A DNA stretch of 61,785 nt from an uncultured bacterium (GTDB lineage Bacteria; Deinococcota; Deinococci; Deinococcales; Trueperaceae): the NCBI GenBank assembly GCA_964529575.1, contig CAZGXF010000002.1:1-61785 (forward strand), given 5' to 3'. Position numbers and translations under genes: made by a program. Within the stretch, counting starts at the first letter, position 1. Every line of letters starts with the position of its first letter. Below the pieces are notes generated by a model, which saw nothing but the letters and a program-made list of their open reading frames with translations, did not search any database and was not told the DNA's origin. This document shows, one piece after another, positions 57,215-61,785 of this stretch.

Positions 57215-59319
57215 CGGGCGAGGCGCTAGGCGCCCCGCCCCCCGCCGCCGAGGAGCGCGGCGGGCCGCCGATGGCCGTCTGGGTCATGGGGGCCGTGACC
57301 CTGCTGGCGCTCGCGCTCGGGGCGTTCCAGCTCTACACGGCCGGCGTCCGGCCGTTCAACCTGTTCGTCCAGCGCGGCTTCCACCTCATGGTCGTGCTGG
57401 TGATCACGTTCCTCGTGTTCCCGCTCAGGAAGCGGGAGCGCAAGGCGCTCGACTGGGTGGTGGACCTGCTGTTGGTGGCCGGCTCGGCGTACGTCGGGCT
57501 CTACCTGCTCGTCGACCTGGACGGCATCATCCGCCGCTCGGGCTTCTTCTTGCAGCGCGACATCGTCACGGGCGTGATCGCGGTGCTGCTCGTCCTCGAG
57601 GCCGCGAGGCGCACGATCGGCTGGGCGATCACGATCGTCGCCGTCGTGGCCCTCCTCTACTCGATGGCCGGGCCGCGGGGCGCCCTGCCGTGGCTGGGCG
57701 AGCTCATGCCAGGCATACTCTCCCACCGCGGCTACTCGTTCGAGCGCATCGTCAGCCACCTCTACCTGGGCCAGGAGGGCATCTTCGGGCTGCCGCTCGG
57801 CGTGGCGGCCACCGTCGTGTACACGTTCATCCTCTTCGGCGCGTTCCTGGAGTCCACCGGCGCCGGCAAGACGTTCATAGACATGGCGTACGCCGTGGCC
57901 GGCAGGCAGCGGGGCGGGCCCGCGAAGGCGGCGGTGATCGCCTCCGGGTTCATGGGCTCGGTCTCCGGCAGCGCCATAGCCAACGTCGTCACCACCGGTG
58001 CGTTCTCGATCCCGCTCATGAAGCGCCTCGGCTACAAGCCCGAGGAGGCGGGGGGCGTCGAGGCGGCGGCCTCCACCGGAGGGCAGGTCCTGCCGCCCGT
58101 CATGGGCGCGGGCGCGTTCCTCATGGCCGAGTACACGGGGGTGCCGTACGCCGAGATCGTGCGCATCTCGATACTCCCGGCGCTGATGTACTTCACCACC
58201 GTCTACCTGTTCGTCGACCTGATCGCGTTGAAGAGGGGCATGAGGGGCATCCCGTCGGCGCAGCTGCCGCGGGTCCGCGACGTCCTGCGCGAGGGGTGGT
58301 ACTACCTCGTGCCGCTGGCGGTGCTCGTCTACTTCCTGATGGTCAACGTCTCGCCCAACCGCGTCGGGTTCATCGCCATCGTCAGCATCCTGGCGGTGTC
58401 GGCGCTGCGCTGGTTCGTCAGGCGGCTGATACTGCGCCGGGCGGCGCCGGCCCCGAGCGGCGTGACCGTGGACGAGGGCGAGCGGGCCGCAGCGCTGGAG
58501 GGCGCGGTCGCGGCCGCCGGAGCGCTGGCGGTGGCGCCGAGTCACGGTGCGGGCCGGGACGCGGTCCTCGGCTTCCGCGGCTTCATCGAGGCGTTCAGGG
58601 TGGGGGCGCTCAACGCCGTGCCCGTGAGCGTGGCGTGCGCCGTGGCCGGGATCGTCGTCGGCATCATCACGCTCACCGGGCTGGGCCTGAAGTTCTCGGC
58701 GCTCATGCTGGCCTTCTCGGGCGGGAACCTGCTCCTCGCCATCGTGCTGCTGATACTCGCCAGCCTCGTCCTCGGCATGGGTCTGCCGGTGACGGCGAGC
58801 TACATCGTGCTGGCGGTGCTGGCGGGCCCGCTGCTGCAGAACGAGTTCGGCATCCCCCTGCTCATCGCCCACCTGGTCATCTTCTGGTACTCGCAGGACT
58901 CGAACGTGACGCCGCCGGTGGCGCTGGCGGCGTTCGCCGGCGCCGGCATCGCGCGCGCCGACCCCATGAGGACGGCCTTCCAGGCCTGGAAGATGGCCAA
59001 GGGCCTCTACCTCATCCCGCTCTTCATGATCTACAACCCCGAGCTGATCTACGGCGGCGACACCTGGTACTACGTCTGGACCATCGTCGTCGGCTTCGTG
59101 GCCCTGGCGGCCTTCGCGGCCGCCCTGGAGGGCTACATGTTCACCCGCATGGCCTGGTACTCGCGGGTCTTGGCGGCCGTGGGGCTGGTCCTGATCTTCT
59201 ACCCCTCGTTCGCCTACGAGGCGGTAGGCATGGCGGTGATGCTGCTGGTCCTCGCCATCAACCTCATGCGCCGGCGCGCCGAGCTGCGGGCCGAGTCGGC
59301 GGGGGCGGCCGCGACGTGA
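57211..59319 (+). CDS. TRAP transporter fused permease (TAXI-type, DctQM-like)
   Basis: GTG overlaps the upstream stop. A 702-aa polytopic protein with the typical N-terminus FQLYTAGVRPFNLFVQRGFHL. Confidence 0.92.
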   Translation: MTGEALGAPPPAAEERGGPPMAVWVMGAVTLLALALGAFQLYTAGVRPFNLFVQRGFHLMVVLVITFLVFPLRKRERKALDWVVDLLLVAGSAYVGLYLLVDLDGIIRRSGFFLQRDIVTGVIAVLLVLEAARRTIGWAITIVAVVALLYSMAGPRGALPWLGELMPGILSHRGYSFERIVSHLYLGQEGIFGLPLGVAATVVYTFILFGAFLESTGAGKTFIDMAYAVAGRQRGGPAKAAVIASGFMGSVSGSAIANVVTTGAFSIPLMKRLGYKPEEAGGVEAAASTGGQVLPPVMGAGAFLMAEYTGVPYAEIVRISILPALMYFTTVYLFVDLIALKRGMRGIPSAQLPRVRDVLREGWYYLVPLAVLVYFLMVNVSPNRVGFIAIVSILAVSALRWFVRRLILRRAAPAPSGVTVDEGERAAALEGAVAAAGALAVAPSHGAGRDAVLGFRGFIEAFRVGALNAVPVSVACAVAGIVVGIITLTGLGLKFSALMLAFSGGNLLLAIVLLILASLVLGMGLPVTASYIVLAVLAGPLLQNEFGIPLLIAHLVIFWYSQDSNVTPPVALAAFAGAGIARADPMRTAFQAWKMAKGLYLIPLFMIYNPELIYGGDTWYYVWTIVVGFVALAAFAAALEGYMFTRMAWYSRVLAAVGLVLIFYPSFAYEAVGMAVMLLVLAINLMRRRAELRAESAGAAAT

Positions 59320-59338
59320 GGCACCTCTAGCGCCGGCC

Positions 59339-60292
59339 TCAGCGCGTCACGAACGCGGGCACCAGCGACTCGTCGAACCCGCGCCCGAGGACCCGTAGCG
59401 CCCGGTCGGGCCTGTCGGTGATGATGCCGTCCACGCCCATCTCCACCAGCTCGCGCATCTCGGCCTCGTCGTTCACGGTCCAGACGTGCACGTCCAGGCC
59501 GCGGGCGTGCGCCGCCTCCACGAAGTGCGGGGTGACGACCTGGATGCCCGAGAACGTGCGCGGCACCTGCAGGGCGTCGTAGGGCGGGGTCAGCACGGCC
59601 GACAGGCGCAGCTTCTCGAGCGCCACGAAGAACGCGACCTCGGCCTGCGACGCCGACGTGGCCACCTCGGGGCAGGCGCCCCTGAACGCCGACAGGGGCC
59701 GACCGTGGAACGAACCCACCATCACGCGCGTCGTGGCGTCGTGTCGCCGTAGGTAGTCGCACAGGCGGCGGGCCACCCCGACGTCGTCCTGCTTGATCTC
59801 GACGTTCACCGCCGCGCCCGCGGACGCGCTGAGCACCTCGCCCAGCGTGGGCAGCGTGACCCCCTGGCCGCGGTAGGCGTACTCCCCCTCGCCGGCGTCG
59901 GCGCGCGGGCCCGACGGGGTCCAGGCGTAGCCGGCGTCGAGCTCGCGCAGCTCGCGCATCGTGAGGGCCGAGACCGGCCCGGTGCCGTCCGTGGTGCGGT
60001 CGACGGTGTCGTCGTGGATGACCACGAACTCGCCGTCGGCGGTCTCGTGCACGTCCAGCTCCAGCACGTCCACGCCCAGGCGCGCGGCGCCGTCGAAGGC
60101 GACGAGCGTGTTGTCGGGCCAGAGGAGGGCGCCGCCGGCGTGCGCCAGGACGGCTGGCTGGCCCTGAGGCAGCAGGCGGTCGTAGGCCGCGGTCGGGCGC
60201 GGGCTGGCGATCGCGGCCAGCACCAGGTACAGGGCGACGAGGGCGACGACGACGGCCGCGAAGGCGCGGAGTGCTCGCATGGCTGTCAACAT
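59339..60292 (-). CDS. glycerophosphodiester phosphodiesterase
   Basis: GDPD motifs HAGGA, LELDVHETADGEFVVIHDDTVDRTT and VWTVND, plus an N-terminal membrane anchor. The start is ATG 60292 or 60280. Confidence 0.85.
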   Translation of the reverse strand: MLTAMRALRAFAAVVVALVALYLVLAAIASPRPTAAYDRLLPQGQPAVLAHAGGALLWPDNTLVAFDGAARLGVDVLELDVHETADGEFVVIHDDTVDRTTDGTGPVSALTMRELRELDAGYAWTPSGPRADAGEGEYAYRGQGVTLPTLGEVLSASAGAAVNVEIKQDDVGVARRLCDYLRRHDATTRVMVGSFHGRPLSAFRGACPEVATSASQAEVAFFVALEKLRLSAVLTPPYDALQVPRTFSGIQVVTPHFVEAAHARGLDVHVWTVNDEAEMRELVEMGVDGIITDRPDRALRVLGRGFDESLVPAFVTR

Positions 60293-60410
60293 ACCGGGAG
60301 GCCGATATATCATCGGGACGAACGTCCCTAGCCCGGTCATACGGTCCGTCAGGGGGTCGAACCCGTCGACCGTCGCGGGAGGTAGGGAACCGTACGGAGG
60401 TCGATAGCCT

Positions 60411-61403
60411 ATGAGAAGCCTGCGCACAGTGTTGGCCAGCCTGGTCCTAGCGCTAGCCGGGGCGTTCGCGTTCGCCCAGGACGGCGACCTGCCGGTGGTC
60501 AACGCCGCGATGGAGGCGACCGGCACGTTCTCCTGGATCGTGCATGCGATGGACTACTTCGGCACGGCCGAGGCGAACGGTATCCAGGTGGTGGGCACGC
60601 CGTACGCCAGCAAGCAGGCCACCGAGATCGCCCTCCGCAGCGGAGAGGCCGACGTGAAGGTGGACGACTTCCTCGCCCCCGTGCTGCTGCGGCAGGCGGG
60701 CATCCAGGCCAGCGGCATCTACCCCTACGCGACGGCCGTGGGCGGGCTGGTGGTGCCCGCCGATTCCGACATCCAGGGCGTCGCCGACCTCGACGGCCGC
60801 ACGATCGCCGCCGGCGCCCTGCGCGACAAGAGCGTCCTGATCCTCCGTACGCTCACCATCTCGCAGTACGGCTTCGACGTGGGCGACAGCCAGGTCGTGC
60901 AGGCCGCCCCGCCCCTGATGATGGAGCTCACCGCCTCGGGCGAGGTGGACGCCGCCCTGCCGCTGTGGCACTGGGTGGCCCGCATGGAGGCCGCCGGCGT
61001 CGCGCGCGAGGTCATGTCGGTCGCCGACATGCTCGAGGAGCTCGGCCTGCCCCGCGACCTGCCCAACCTGGTGGTCGTGGCCCGCGACGACATGGACGAC
61101 GAGCTGAAGACGGCGTTCATCGCGGCGCTCCAGGACACCTTCGAGGTCATGCTGAACACGCCGAGCGACGACCCGTTCTGGCAGACGATCCTCGACCAGG
61201 GTCTCTACTCGCTGCCCGACCCCAGCCAGTTCCCGCAGGTCGTGGAACGGTGGAAGGCCGGCACCACGAGCAAGTGGGACCAGGAGTCGATCGACGGCCT
61301 CGTGGCCATGGTCGAGCGCCTCGTCGAGCTCGCCGGCCCGGAGGCGGTAGGCGTCGAGAGCATCGACCCGGCCGCCTACACCACCGAGTTCCTGCCCCGC
61401 TGA
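60411..61403 (+). CDS. NMT1-like ABC transporter substrate-binding protein
   Basis: Signal peptide MRSLRTVLASLVLALAGAFAFAQ, with GGAGG upstream. A permease gene follows. Confidence 0.82.
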   Translation: MRSLRTVLASLVLALAGAFAFAQDGDLPVVNAAMEATGTFSWIVHAMDYFGTAEANGIQVVGTPYASKQATEIALRSGEADVKVDDFLAPVLLRQAGIQASGIYPYATAVGGLVVPADSDIQGVADLDGRTIAAGALRDKSVLILRTLTISQYGFDVGDSQVVQAAPPLMMELTASGEVDAALPLWHWVARMEAAGVAREVMSVADMLEELGLPRDLPNLVVVARDDMDDELKTAFIAALQDTFEVMLNTPSDDPFWQTILDQGLYSLPDPSQFPQVVERWKAGTTSKWDQESIDGLVAMVERLVELAGPEAVGVESIDPAAYTTEFLPR

Positions 61404-61418
61404 GAGTTGGTCGGCCGG

Positions 61419-61785
61419 ATGGCGGTAGATGCTGAGACAGCGGCGACTGCCGTCGTGCGGCCCAAGGCCCTGAAGAGGCACCGCGGCGCCGGCGTCGGCC
61501 CTTGGCTGACGCTGGCGTCCTACCTTTCCCTGGTGGTCGTGTGGGTCCTCGGGGCCCGCGCGGCCCCCAACCTCATCCCCGGGCCCGTGGAGACCCTCGA
61601 GTTCGTCGCCCGCGAGTACCAGCGCGGCGTCCTGCTCGGGCACCTCTGGGTCACCACGCAACGCGTGCTGATCGCCTTCGCGATCGCCATGGTCGTGGGC
61701 GTGGCCGCCGGGGCCGCCATGGGCGCCTCGAAGCGCGTCGACGACCTGCTGCAGGGCTGGTTGGTCGTGCTGCTCACGATCCCCC
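61419..61785 (+). CDS. NitT/TauT-family ABC transporter permease (5' partial, runs off the window)
   Basis: Not in the ORF track because it is open-ended. ATG 61419 (an in-frame TTG at 61407 is also possible). The translation ...GPWLTLASYLSLVVVWVLGARAAPNLIPGPVETLEF...HLWVTTQRVLIAFAIAMVVG is a typical N-terminus for this family. Confidence 0.75.
   Translation, partial: MAVDAETAATAVVRPKALKRHRGAGVGPWLTLASYLSLVVVWVLGARAAPNLIPGPVETLEFVAREYQRGVLLGHLWVTTQRVLIAFAIAMVVGVAAGAAMGASKRVDDLLQGWLVVLLTIP

Overview
This is a very GC-rich bacterial chromosomal segment; third codon positions are almost all G/C, so every real gene is shadowed by long spurious antisense or off-frame ORFs. I count about 57 protein-coding genes. 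I saw no rRNA, tRNA, CRISPR array, transposase, integrase or prophage gene. The content is mainly housekeeping. In order: a VOC-family dioxygenase and a UPF0104 membrane protein; a NitT/TauT-type ABC transporter; an 11-gene cytochrome c maturation operon (ccdA, ccmA-H, a CcmI-like protein fused to a cytochrome c domain, and a Rieske protein); transaldolase; SURF1-ctaB-ctaA; a TPR protein; the conserved rpsB-tsf-pyrH-frr-cdsA cluster; glnS with a C-terminal YqeY/GatB-like domain; nagA; DoxX; a cold-shock protein with an RGG-repeat tail; and a class-A beta-lactamase-like hydrolase. A long minus-strand run then follows: dnaK-grpE-dnaJ, a secreted parvulin, a DUF255 thioredoxin-domain protein, a 4-TM protein, addB-addA and a small orphan ORF. 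After that come a peptide ABC importer (binding protein plus two permeases, no ATPases) with an S12-type serine hydrolase; lhgO; adenine deaminase with nfuA; crp divergent from lexA; a family III CoA-transferase; a TAXI-type TRAP transporter (receptor, DUF1850, fused permease); a glycerophosphodiesterase; and the start of a second NitT/TauT transporter. Four hallmarks suggest a Deinococcus-Thermus-type organism, which is inference only: a short 197-aa EF-Ts, the GlnRS-YqeY fusion, a zinc-finger-less DnaJ in dnaK-grpE-dnaJ order, and several SD-less genes with TANNNT 6-7 nt upstream of the start codon. I did not find a clear self-contained novel multi-gene accessory system. The best leads are the CcmI-cytochrome c fusion with its coupled Rieske protein, an AT-rich operator and possible SD-masking hairpin at dnaK, the RGG-tailed cold-shock protein, a repeat/hairpin array upstream of the DUF255 gene, an AddB with an apparently degenerate nuclease motif, and a few structured intergenic regions. 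All start coordinates were derived by offsetting from the supplied ORF track; exact starts remain predictions.
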